47,869 nt of DNA from Octopus sinensis (Eukaryota): contig NW_021834570.1 of NCBI RefSeq assembly GCF_006345805.1, positions 1-47,869 of the forward strand, read 5' to 3'. Shown piece by piece: positions 35,870 through 47,869 of the stretch (positions are counted from its first letter, which is position 1; every line of letters begins with the position of its first letter). A program made the translations under genes and the position numbers. Under the pieces are notes generated by a model that worked only from the letters and a program-made list of their open reading frames with translations, did no database searches and was not told where the DNA came from.

Positions 35870-36480
35870 TGCGTGCGTGTGTGCACCCATTCTTTCTCTC
35901 TCTCTCTCTGTCACAAACTTACTCATTTTCTGACACACACCCACACACACACACATACAGTCTCCCCTACTCTCACACAACCACTCTTTCTCTCTCTCTC
36001 TCTCTCGCACATTCACACAGACACACACATACTCTTTCCCTCGCACAAACACACACTCTTTGTCTCTCCTTCAGACATGCATACACATACACACTCTTTC
36101 GCTCACACAAACACGCACTCTCTCTATCTCTCATACACACACACACTCTTTCTCTCTCACACACACATATATATATATATTTTCTCACACACACACACAC
36201 ACACACTTTCTCTCTCACACACACACACACTTTCTCTCTCACACACACATATATATATTTTCTCGCACACATATATATATTTTCTCACACACACACACTT
36301 TCTCTCACACACACACTTTCACTCTCACAGACACTCTGTCTCTCTTATACATAAACACACACACACACACACTTTCTCTCTCTCTCCTCCCTCTCTCTCT
36401 CTGACACACTCTCTTTCAGTCTCACACACTCATACACACTTTCTCTCTCTCTGATACTCACTCACACACACACCACACAC
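35870..36480. repeat. (CA)n/(CT)n compound tract
   Basis: Direct inspection. Confidence 0.9.
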
Positions 36481-37025
36481 ACAACCAACCCTTATGCAGC
36501 CGCACAACCCACAACCCACCCCCTTCCTCTGCCGCACTCACTCACACACACACACCGGCACATCGGTGCACATGCACATACGTACGCAGATCAAGCACCG
36601 AGTGAACATGCGGTTTTCCTCACTTAACCAATATGTCATCGTGCATTCGCAGTTCTGCGAACGTGCCTAATGAGCTTACATTCAAGGTGAACACAAAAAC
36701 TGGGGGACTGACGGGGACGGGGGAGGGACGGGGGAGGAGTAGAGTTGAAATAAAGGGCGAAAGGATGTGTGTGTATATATATATATATATATGTATGTAT
36801 AAGTATGTGTATATATGTATAAGTGTGTATATATATGTATAAGTATGTGTATATGTATGTATAAGTATGTGTATATATATATGTGTGTGTATAAGTATGT
36901 GTATATATAAGTATGTATATATATATGTATAAGTATGTATATATCTGTATAAGTATGTATATATGTATGTATAGATGTCTGTATAAGTATGTATATATAT
37001 ATATATATATTATATATATATATAT

Positions 37026-37152
37026 ATTTATTATATAGAAGGAGCTTCTACAGGACTAGAACTGTTTCATTCAAGAGAAATCTTCAGGAAGTGAAGATTT
37101 CTCTTGAATGAAACAGTTCTAGTCCTGTAGAAGCTCCTTCTATATAATAAAT
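37026..37152. repeat. Perfect inverted repeat, 61-bp arms with a 5-nt loop
   Basis: 37026-37086 is the exact reverse complement of 37092-37152; loop ggaag. Confidence 0.95.
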
Positions 37153-37219
37153 TAATTTTACTCTGCTATGTATTGAGTACCTTATTTACTGTGGTTAACC
37201 CCGAATCAACCCGGGACCT

Positions 37220-37272
37220 ACATATATATATATATATATATATATGTGTGTATAGGTATGTACATATATATG

Positions 37273-37303
<31 letters not shown>

Positions 37304-37600
37304 AGGTATGTGTGTATATGTATATATTTGTATGTATAAGTATGTGTATATATATAATGTATAAGTACATGTATATTATGTATATATAAATGTATAAGTA
37401 TCTATATATATGTGTATGTATGTATATATATGTGTGTGTGTTTGTAAATATATATATTCATGTATGTTTGTATGTATGTATGTCTACATGTGTTTGTGTA
37501 TGTATAATTTTGTATGTGTATGCATGTATAGGTTATATAAGCTATATATATATGTACATACACATATGCGTATGTCTGTCTGTGTGTGTATATGTGTATG

Positions 37601-37636
<36 letters not shown>

Positions 37637-38308
37637 ATATTAATAAATAAAACATATGCATATATATGAACATATATGTATGTACCTACCTCCACATGTA
37701 CATATACACGCATATATGAGTACAGGACACCATACACACTTACCTGTATGTTTATATATGCATGTGTAAATATCCATATATATATACATATGTATATATA
37801 TAGGTATGTATAAATATATATATGGTCTTTTATGTATGTTTTGCCTCTTTCTTTTCCATATTTCTTTGAGTTGTTTGTGCTTCTTGTCTACCTCCATTTT
37901 TCTAAAAGTATAATGATGTCCTTTTTGAATCTATATTAATATTGTGTGTGTGTGTGGTGTGTGTGTGTGTACGTGTACGCGTCTGTGTTTTGTATGCGTA
38001 TGCATGTGTCTCTGAACGCATGTATATGCATACGTAAACACACATACACACGCACCCATATAATTGCACATATGTACATATGCAGGTACATGCAGGTATG
38101 TATGTATGTATGTATTTGTATACATATGTGTGTCTGTATATGTGTGTATATATGTGTATGTGTATTTATATATGTGTGTGTATATATATATTATATATAT
38201 ATGTGTGTATATACGTGTGTGTGTTTATATTTATTGTGAATGTGGTTTTGTTTTGTTACTGCTTTACAGTTTTCTTCTTACTGCTCTTTTGACTGGGAAC
38301 CGCCTTGG

Positions 38309-38361
<53 letters not shown>

Positions 38362-38652
38362 CGGAGAGAAAATATCTTTATACTTATGTGCACTTTAGAA
38401 TATATAGTATAATAAATATTGCTTTATATACCATATAAGATAGTGCTTGTGTGTATATATATATATGTGTGTGTCTATATATATATATGGTAACTATGTT
38501 GCATTATATTTAATTTATATTACATTATATGACTATATGTAGATATGTAACGATGTATGCATGTGTGTGTATGTATATATATATATATATGTGTATATAT
38601 TTATTTATAATTGTATACTATATATGATACATTATATTACTTTGTGTGTGTG

Positions 38653-38684
<32 letters not shown>

Positions 38685-38943
38685 GGGAGAATAAATATAT
38701 ATAATTGTATATTAAATATGCTTCATTATATACTGTGTGTATATATGTGTGAATGTATATGTTGTACATACTCTATACACACACTGAAGCACACATGACT
38801 GTATATATTTCAGAAATCCTTAGTTGATAAGTGAGTGTGTGTGTGTATGCATGCATCATAGGATATATATATATGTGTGTGCATGTATATATATATGTGT
38901 GTATATATGTGTGTATATATATGTGTGTGTGTGTATATGTATA

Positions 38944-38989
<46 letters not shown>

Positions 38990-39060
38990 TATATATACAC
39001 ACATATATATATATGTGTGTGTGTATATATATGTGTATATATATATATACATACATACAT
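37220..39060. repeat. Extended (TA)/(TG)/(CA) microsatellite mosaic
   Basis: Direct inspection. Confidence 0.85.
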
Positions 39061-40094
39061 TGCTTCCTTAGTTTCCATTGAAGTTTCTTCTCTTTTCCTG
39101 TGTCTTATGAATAGAATCTGAGAAATCTCTTTGATTTACTCCTGATACTGATATGAGTTGGCGCCGACGCTGCCGTTGTCGCCAATGTCGACGACAGTGT
39201 TGCAGATTCTGCTTGTTGGTGGTGGTGATGATGATGATGATGATGATGTTTATGATGTTGACGATTATTTTTAAAATACCGTTTTATTATTTTTTTTTTG
39301 TTTCTTTTTTTACATTTTATTAATAATTTTATTTTATATTTTACATTTATTTTTAATAAGTACATTAGGTAAAAATATAAGTTATTATTTCAAAAAAAAT
39401 TGTCAGAAACAAAAAAAGCAAAGAAGGAAATGTTTAAATAAAAACATCAAAAGAACAAAAGATGGAGGGGGGGGGGCAGATAACAAAAATAAAATAAATA
39501 AAGCAATAAACTTAACTAAATCTCGCAATATTTTATCGAATATGTAAATTATTTCGTTTGTTTCTTTTTTGGTTTTTGTTGCTTTTGTTTTATTCGACAT
39601 CCCCCGCCACTACCACAGACTCCTGCACCGCTTGCCTTTTTTCTATTTCTTCTGCTTACCAACCAACCAACCAACCAACCAACTTGCCAACTAACCAACC
39701 AGCCAGCCAACCAACCAACCAATCAGCCAGCCAGCCTGACCTACAGTGGTTGTAAAGATATCAATTACTTTCACTTAATCTCTTTAATAGATAAAATGTA
39801 TACTTAAAAAAACAACAAAAACAATACAGAACAAAAACACCCCCACCCCTCCGCACCACAAAAACATAAAAAAGACCCCCACCATGACCTAGTTACCACC
39901 TTACCCTCCAACCACACCTTTATTTATTTATTTATTTATTTACAGACTCCATTAAACTATTTCTGTAGCCAGGGTGTATCCCACACCCATGGGTGTCTCC
40001 TACACTGGTGATTTCTAGCATTTTTTAGCATTGTACAGATTGGCAGAAAGGAATCTTGGTGTTTGCAGAACTATGGTTCACAACCATTCCTACC

Positions 40095-40675
40095 TTTTAC
40101 TAGTTTCAGTCATTTGACTGCGGCCATGCTGGAGCACCACCTTTAGTCGAAAAAATCGACCGCAGCACGTATTCATTGTAAGCCTAGTACTTATTCAATC
40201 TCCGTCTTTCGCCGAATCGCTAAGTTGTGGGGAGATAAACACACCAACATCGGTTGTCAGGCGATGGTGGGAGGACACATATGCACACACATGAATTATT
40301 TTATTTATTTGTTTCAGTCATTTGACTGAAGCCATGCTGGAGCACCGCCTTTAGTCAAGCAAATTGACCCCAGGACTTATTCTTTGTATGCCTAGTAGTT
40401 ATTCTATCGGTCTCTCTTGCCGAACCGCTAAGTAACAGGGATGTAAACACACCTGCATCGGTTGTCAAGTAATGTTGGGGGACAAACACAGACACACAAA
40501 CATATACATACATATGACGAGCTTCTTTCAGTTTCCGTCTACCAAACCCACTCACAAGGTTTTGGTCGGTCCGAGGCTATAGTAGAAGACACTTGCCCAA
40601 GGTGCTATGCAGTCGGAATGAACCCAGAACCATGTGGTTGGTAAGCAAGCTACTTACCACACAGACGCTCTTGCG
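40095..40675 (-). mobile_element. SINE family A: 3' half (40095-40270) followed by a full copy (40305-40675)
   Basis: Two consecutive tttcagtcatttgactg..ccatgctggagcacc tails. Confidence 0.85.
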
Positions 40676-41024
40676 TACACACACACATACATGAATGAAT
40701 GCGGTGATATCTTAGGTATGTTTCTTCCTAAACATCATTTATTTTAGTGCTGTACGGAACCATAACATATATTTGCCACCTAAATGTGGTGTCTGGTACA
40801 GGACGGTGCCACTGATGTTTATAGCCCCAGGAAGACATCTCCTCCAGCTGGCTAACAATACACATTCTGTGTCCGATTAGATCATCGTTTAATGTCTCCT
40901 TCCCATGCTGGCAATAGGTTAGACAGTTTGATGCAGTGGCCATATATAGCTGAGCGCCTGAATAGTACCTTACGGCTTCATCAGAGCCTTGAATATGAAG
41001 TGCAGTTCATTTGAGGAAACAATT

Positions 41025-41205
41025 ACAAAAGGCTTAGCGGTATTTCATTCAACTTTCCGTTCTGGGTTCAAATTCAGCAGAGGTCGACTTAGCCTTTCAT
41101 CTGTTTTGGGGGTTGATAAAATAAGGACCAGTTGAGCACTGGTGTCAAATGTAATCGGCTCCACCCCCCACCTGCGTTTGAAACTGTTGGCCTCGTGTGA
41201 AAATC
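41025..41205 (+). mobile_element. SINE family B-related
   Basis: ggttcaaattcagcagaggtcgacttagcctttcatc..gataaaataaggaccag. Confidence 0.75.
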
Positions 41206-41209
41206 TGAA

Positions 41210-41243
41210 ACTATTATTATTATCATTATTATTATTATCATTA

Positions 41244-41299
<56 letters not shown>

Positions 41300-41303
41300 G
41301 GTA

Positions 41304-41355
<52 letters not shown>

Positions 41356-41366
41356 CATTATTATCA

Positions 41367-41397
<31 letters not shown>

Positions 41398-41910
41398 TAT
41401 TATTATTACTATTATTATTGTTATTATTTGGTATATTGTTATTACTAATGTATAATAAAGTTTAATGTGGCCAGGATCAAAGTGTGAATGGGTGTACGAG
41501 ACAAAAGTACAATTGTTCAAAGCAGCTGATACGAGCAAGTCGCATGCCTCTTCTCTACATGTGTGCGTATATATATATATATATATATATATATTATGTA
41601 TGTATGTATAATATTATGTATGTATATATGTATGTATATATATATGTATATATATATATGTATGTATATATATATATGTAGGTATATAGATATATATATG
41701 TATATATATGTATGTATATATATATATGTATAGATATATATGTATGTATATATATATGTATATACATATATGTATATACATACAATTGTATATTATATAT
41801 GTAGTATATATATATATATGTATGTATATATATATATGTAATATACATATATGTATATATATATATGTTTATGTCTATATATATATGTATATATATATAT
41901 GTATGCATAT

Positions 41911-41946
<36 letters not shown>

Positions 41947-41950
41947 ATCA
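41210..41950. repeat. (ATT)n tract (41210-41450) and (TA/TG)n tract (41570-41950)
   Basis: Direct inspection. Confidence 0.9.
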
Positions 41951-42599
41951 TAATTATGTCAGTTATTCAATATGGAGCATGTAAGAAACTCATCCACCCT
42001 ACCACCCTCTCTTTTATGCCTTCAGAAAATTTAAAGGAAACAATAAGGGAGAGAGAGAGAGAGACAAACAGACAGAGAGACCGTGATTGGTGAGGTAAGA
42101 TATTTCATCGGCGCAGACCACGGGGCGGAGGGGGGGGTTAGAACGAGAAAGGAAGAAACAACATGGGGTGGGGATTGTGTGTGCATGTGCGTGTCTATGT
42201 GTGTGTGTGGGGGGGGGTATCGAAGAAAAGGGGTGGGGTTCGCTTCAGTGAATCTTCTTTTTTTTTCTAATAACAACCAATTTCCCACAAGACAAGCATT
42301 TTTTTTTTCGTGTGTTTTCGTGTGTTTTTGTTTGCCAAGATTTCAATGATAAAGTATAAATCTCTCAGGGACACAAATGCTGTATTCTCACCATCTTGTT
42401 TGCTGTAATACAATACTGTGTATATATATATATATATATATAACTGTGGATATATAATTGTGTATATAATGCATTTTATTCCTAGGGAGGTCCCACCCCT
42501 CTTTTTTATTTGATTTTTTTTTTGGGGGGGGGGAAGGGTTTTCTTTTCATGTTTTTTAATTTTTATTTTTTGCACTTTATAATCATTTAGAACTGAACT

Positions 42600-42780
42600 C
42601 ATCGTCATCATCATCATCATCATCGTTTAACGTCCGTTCTCCATGCTAGCATGGGTTGGACGGTTCGACCGGGGATCTGGGAAGCCAGAAGGCTGCACCA
42701 GGCTCCGGTCTTATCTGGCAATGTTTCTACAGCTGGATGCCCTTCCTAACGCCAACCACTCCGTGAGTGTAGTTGCATGC
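42600..42780 (-). mobile_element. Retroposon 3' end (family E) with (GAT)n tail
   Basis: Minus strand ggttggcgttaggaagggcatccagctgtagaaac..gcatggagaacggacgttaaacgatgatgatg. Confidence 0.65.
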
Positions 42781-42827
42781 AATCATAGCCTTGGTTATAG
42801 TCTCCTTTTCATTCTCTTGCTTCAGTC

Positions 42828-43210
42828 ATCTGACTGCGGCCATGCTGGAGCACTGCCTTTAGTCGAACAAATCGACCCCCAGGACTTATTCTTTGTAAGC
42901 CTGGTACTTGTTCTATCGGTCTCTTTTGCTGAACTGCTAAGTTACGGGGATGTAAACACACCAGCACCGGTTGTCAGGTGATGGTGGTGGTGGTAGTGGG
43001 GGGAGACAAACACAGACACACAAATACATACACACACACATATATATATACATGTGTATATGCGACGGGCATATAGTTTCCGTCTACCAAATGCACTCAC
43101 AGGGTTTAGGTTGGGCCAAGGCTATAAAAGAAGACATTTGCCCAAGGTGCCACACAGTTGGACTGAACCCGAAACCATGTGGTTGGGAAGCAAGCATCTT
43201 ACCGCACCCC
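42828..43210 (-). mobile_element. SINE family A
   Basis: Reverse complement of the family consensus. Confidence 0.85.
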
Positions 43211-43252
43211 ACACCTTATATATATACAAATGAATACACACACATATATATA

Positions 43253-43302
<50 letters not shown>

Positions 43303-43307
<5 letters not shown>

Positions 43308-43438
43308 AAAAACAATACAACTGGGGCAAGAACGTGAAACACTTAGAAGACGATACAAAAAACACGGACGGGACATTCGAAGCCTTCAATCTTCAGTCAA
43401 GAACCGGATCATCTTCGCAATTTCGGCTGATTAATCTT

Positions 43439-43440
<2 letters not shown>
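43303..43440. mobile_element. TA-targeted short repeat family (same as 13053-13187)
   Basis: Near-identical to 13053-13187; flanked by (TA)n. Confidence 0.65.
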
Positions 43441-43472
<32 letters not shown>

Positions 43473-43489
43473 TATTCACACACATACAA

Positions 43490-43645
43490 TTGGCTTCTTT
43501 CAGTTTCCGTTTACCACACACAAGGTTTTGGTCGGTCCGAGGGTATAGTAGAAGACACTTGGCCCAATGGGCCATGCAGTGGAACTGAACCTGGAACCAT
43601 GCAGTTGGGAGCAAGCTTCTTACCACACAGCCGCTCCTGTGCCTG
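43490..43645 (-). mobile_element. SINE family A, 5' half
   Basis: Reverse complement of the head and body. Confidence 0.8.
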
Positions 43646-44909
43646 ATGATGAAATAAATATCAAAAGCCAATATGTTGCAGTAGATTGTTTAATCTCGTT
43701 GAAGTTGCGATTTATCGGCTTGAAAGACAATTTAGGTAGCCGCCCCCTCACCCCCCCCCCCACACCACACACACACAACGGCCGAAACGAGAACCTCATT
43801 TATTATTCATGATAGCATTATTATACGTGGTCTATTTTCTTTTTTTTTTTTTTTTTTTCCGTTTTTACGGTAAATTCCTCATTTATATTTGTCATTACTG
43901 GGTATTGGAGAAGTATGCCACCGGAGCGGAGAGTAAGCCTGTCACCAGACTCTTCGTTTTTAAATCTTTTAAATCCTCATCGGAGCCTTCTTCATTTGAA
44001 ATCATGTCAGTAAAGTCAGTTTTGGATCTCTGCGTAACAGCACCGAGAAAAAGTCACGGACCGATTCTCCCCTTCCACCCCACCATCCCCCGTCTCCTCC
44101 CCCCCACATTTGCCCCAATCCCCCCAACCCCCGCCGCCCTCCACTTCCCTCCTATTTCCTTATCTTCTAAAACCTTGGCGCGGCGTTACGCTGCTATATA
44201 ATAGAGGAACGGTTATTTTATTCATAGGATTTTTTTGCTTCTTCAAATTCCCTATCATATTTCCGCGAAATAGCATTACAGTTTGCAGTGTTAACAAGGG
44301 AGTTTCTTCAAACTCATTCGACATGCTACAATAGCAGTTGAGTATCTCATAAATCATATCCTATTATGTATCTTTCTATATATATATATATATATATATA
44401 CACATCTATATATATATATTATATATATATATATATATATATCTGTGTTTTTATTTATCTGATCTTATCAGTATATCATTTTTCCTATCTTGTCTGTCTG
44501 TCTGTCTATCTCTGTTTGCTTGTCTGCCCTCCCCTCCATCTATCATCTATCCATCTATTTATTTCTCCATCCATCTATCCATCTGTCTATCTCTATCCAT
44601 TGGTCCACCTACCTATTTATCCATCCACCCACTTTTCTATCTTTATCTCTATCTACCATCCATCTATTTTTTTTTTTCCTCTCCCCCTTTTTTTTTAAAC
44701 CCCCCTTTTTTTTTCCTCTTTCTCTCCTTTTACGATCCCTTTTGATCGAAACTCCCCCCTTCCTTTTTTTTTTTTTTAACCTTCAAAAGAAAAGCTCTAC
44801 CTTGTAATTTGTTCTATCTGTGTGCAGCCCTGTGTGGCTAATAAAGAAACATATCTCTCAATCCATCCATCTATCAGTCCAACCACCTATCTATTCATCT
44901 ATCTATCTA

Positions 44910-44970
<61 letters not shown>

Positions 44971-45790
44971 TTATCTATCTATCTATCTATCTATCTGTCC
45001 ACCTACCTATTTATCCTTCCATCCACCCACTTACCTATCTTTATCCCTACCTATCTATCCATACATTTATCTACCCACCTATCGTTCTATCCCTCCATCT
45101 ACCCCTCTATTCATCTTTATCTCTACCTACCTACCTACCAATCCATCCATCCATCCATCCATCCAGCCACCTATCTACCTGCTCGTCCATCCATCTGTCA
45201 GCTGTTGTTGTCAGAAGAGAAAGTGCACTTCTAGTCTAGGACCCACTAGACTAGAGAAAATGGTAAAGGAACAAAAACACAAAATAAATCAATAAAACCC
45301 CCGCAGCGGGTCTTGTCTTCAGATCAGAAACCTTAGCAGAATACTTAAAAACCCGGTGGACTCCACTAAAAGACCTACAGTTATCAGATGACGACTGGCG
45401 GCGTTGCCCACGATGGTGATAATGGATGGAGATGGTAGTGTTAAAGTAAGAGAGCGCTAGGTAAGCAGTGCTGTCCAGGAAACAAAGAATCTGTGCTACC
45501 GATTCCTCTGTTGAGTTCTTCAGATTCTTCAGAACGGAGTGACTAACTCTGCTGGTAGTTGTTCTGAAAGGAAACACAAAGAATGGAAGAAGGAATGGTT
45601 TCCATAAGAAATACACGTGTGCATTAAACTATCTGGATACCAATGAGTGGAATATTTTTCCATGTTGGCATATTCTCTTAGCGCCATTGTCTGTCATTTG
45701 CAACAGATTTCAATAGAACTTGTGTGAAATGCATTCATTCCCTCATTCAGCCACCTCGTTAAATGAAAGAAGCGAGACGCCGCCTCTGCA

Positions 45791-46490
45791 TTCAAAGCTT
45801 GTATTAATGAGCTAACGAGGCGAGCCCGCTTGTGCTGTTAGAAATAGCAGCCGATTCTCCTCGAAATGACATTGTGCCATTGTAAAACTGGAAAAGACGT
45901 GTTAGGTAGATACTGGGATTGGAGTGGGGGGTTGTGGAAGGAGAGATGGTCATGGCTTGATTGCTTTTGATCAGAGAGGTCTATCTGCTCTCATTAGAGC
46001 TATCGGCCTGGGGCTAAATAACTATATAACGACTCTACAAGCCTGTTTGTGTGTGTGTTTTACCCCTCCCCGGCCCGTTGCATAATAACCAGTGTTGGTT
46101 TGTTTGTGTCTCCGTAACTTAGTAATTCAAAGCTTGTTTTAATGAGCCAATGAGGCAAGCCTGCTTCTGTGCAGTTGGTCATACTGCTAGAAATAACAGC
46201 TGATTCTTCCTCAAATGACACTGTGCCATCGTAAAACTGGAAAGACATGTTAGATAGACACTACATCTAATGGGAGGAGGGAGGAAGGGTGTGATAGAGT
46301 GGGTGGGAGGAGAGGTGGTCATGTCTTGATTGCTTTTGATCTGCTTGTTCTCACCAGAGCCGGCCTGTGGCTAAAGAACTATAACAACTCTACAAGCCTA
46401 TCCTGTATAAATGTGTGTGTATCTTGGTCCAGCATCACTTGACAGCAAGTGTTGGTTTGTTTATGTTTCCATAACTTTTAGCAATTTGGT
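45791..46490. repeat. Diverged tandem duplication, period about 335 bp
   Basis: ttcaaagcttgt at 45791 and 46126; collinear motifs (aaatgaca.tgtgccat.gtaaaactggaaa, ggtcatg.cttgattgcttttgatc) follow in both. Confidence 0.8.
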
Positions 46491-46514
46491 TTTTAAATTT
46501 TTGTCTTTCTCTCT

Positions 46515-46905
46515 TTTTACTCTTTTACTTGTTTCAGTCATTTGACTGCGGCCAGGCTGGAGCACCACCTTTTAAAGTCGAGCAAATCAACCCCAGGATT
46601 TATTCTTTGTAAGCCTAGTACTTATTCTATCGGTCTCTTTTGCTGAACTGCTAAGTTACAGGGACGTAAACACACCAGCATCGGTTGTCAAGCGATGTTG
46701 AGGGGACACCTACAGACACACAAACATATACACACACATATTTACGACGGGCTTCTTTCAGTTTCCGTCTACCAAATCCACTCACAAGGCCTTGGTCGGC
46801 CCGAGGCTATAGGAGAAGACACTTGTGCCTAAGGTGCCACGCAGTGGGACTGAACCCAGAACCATGTTGTCGGTAAGCAAGCTACTTACCACACGGCCAC
46901 TTCTG
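46515..46905 (-). mobile_element. SINE family A
   Basis: Reverse complement of the family consensus. Confidence 0.9.
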
Positions 46906-47089
46906 CGTTTGTTTAGTTTTTCTTACGAAACTAAGTCAGGTTCTTGCTCATCGTTTTTTTTCTTTTTTTCCTTCATCTTCATTCCTTCTATTGCTCAGAC
47001 CAGTCAATGCTAATCGCATATTTCTGTTAATGTCAACATTTTTAGTGAAATTCAAGTTCACATTTGCACTTTTCCCCCTTTTTTTTTTT

Positions 47090-47140
<51 letters not shown>

Positions 47141-47319
47141 GTGAAATATCGCTGAAAGAATGCAAATTACCTGAGTTTGTTTTGTCTTCCTTTCTCTCTT
47201 TTCTTGCTGTCTTTCGTTCATTCATTCTTTTTTCTTTCTCTTCCTACACTCCACCTCCCACACGCGCTGCCTCTTCTTTGCCATAATAATTTATTGGAAA
47301 ATAGTGTGTATATGAATAT

Positions 47320-47869
47320 ATCATCATCACCATCATCAGCATCATCATCATCATCATCAGCATCATCATCGTCAGCATCATCATCATCATCATCATTATT
47401 ATCATCATCGTCAGCATCATCATCATCATCATCATTATCATCATCATCATCATCGTCATTATCATCATCATCCACATCATCACCATCAGCATCATCATCA
47501 TCGTCAGCATCATCATCGTCAGCATCATCATCATCACTACCACTATCATCATATCATCATGCTCGTTACTATCATCATCCTCATCATCATCATCATCTTT
47601 ATGGTAATCATTATTATCACACCCCCACCTCCCTCACCATCGTCATCATCATTATTGTTGTTATCGTAATCATTATGTTCTTCATTATCATTACTTGTCG
47701 CCGTCGTCGTCATCATCATCTCATCAACACCAGTTCGTTATGATGATCGTTATCACCTTCGTTTGCAACGTCGTCATCATCATCGTCATCATCATGAACA
47801 TCATCACTTCCATAGCCTTACGACCATGATGCTGACGATGAAGGTCATGATGATGATGACTCTAATGAT
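47320..47869. repeat. Imperfect (ATC)n tract
   Basis: Direct inspection; source of the poly-S/D/M ORFs. Confidence 0.9.

Larger units (their letters stand above)
5607..47869 (+). other. EXT1: Probable EXT1 intron 1 (continues beyond the window)
   Basis: Strong donor at 5607. No sequence encoding the expected next EXT1 segment (YDY..[20 protein letters not shown]-like) was seen in the ORF track or by eye. Confidence 0.7.

Noticed and set aside
35163-36454. Overlapping ORFs up to 321 aa
   Set aside because: His/Thr/Cys/Met-rich translations of CA/TGCA low-complexity DNA.
41089-41538. Poly-Ile / poly-Leu 'membrane protein' ORFs; likewise the poly-Ser/Asp ORFs at 47177-47743
   Set aside because: Pure (ATT)n and (ATC)n microsatellites.

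Overview
This is AT-rich eukaryotic genomic DNA dominated by microsatellites and tRNA-derived SINEs, most consistent with an octopus/coleoid cephalopod (inference from repeat style). One protein-coding feature is recognisable: the large first coding exon of exostosin-1 (EXT1/tout-velu; 4660-5606, +). It ends at a phase-2 GT donor at the position equivalent to the end of human EXT1 exon 1. I found no downstream EXT1 exon by eye, so 5607-47869 is probably part of a >42 kb intron 1. The rest is at least three SINE families in many copies, a ~400 bp non-autonomous Helitron, a decayed RTE-LINE fragment, a near-identical ~990 bp tandem duplication and long simple-repeat tracts. The most interesting signal is a set of short elements inserted in (TA)n tracts that carry minimal type I hammerhead-ribozyme motifs (288-322, 506-543, 17844-17890) with mutually compensating stems, typical of Penelope-like retroelement termini, two of the related inserts showing fold-back inversions. 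All ORF-track entries other than EXT1 appear to be simple-repeat or SINE artefacts. Repeat boundaries were read by eye and are approximate (about +/-15 bp unless stated).
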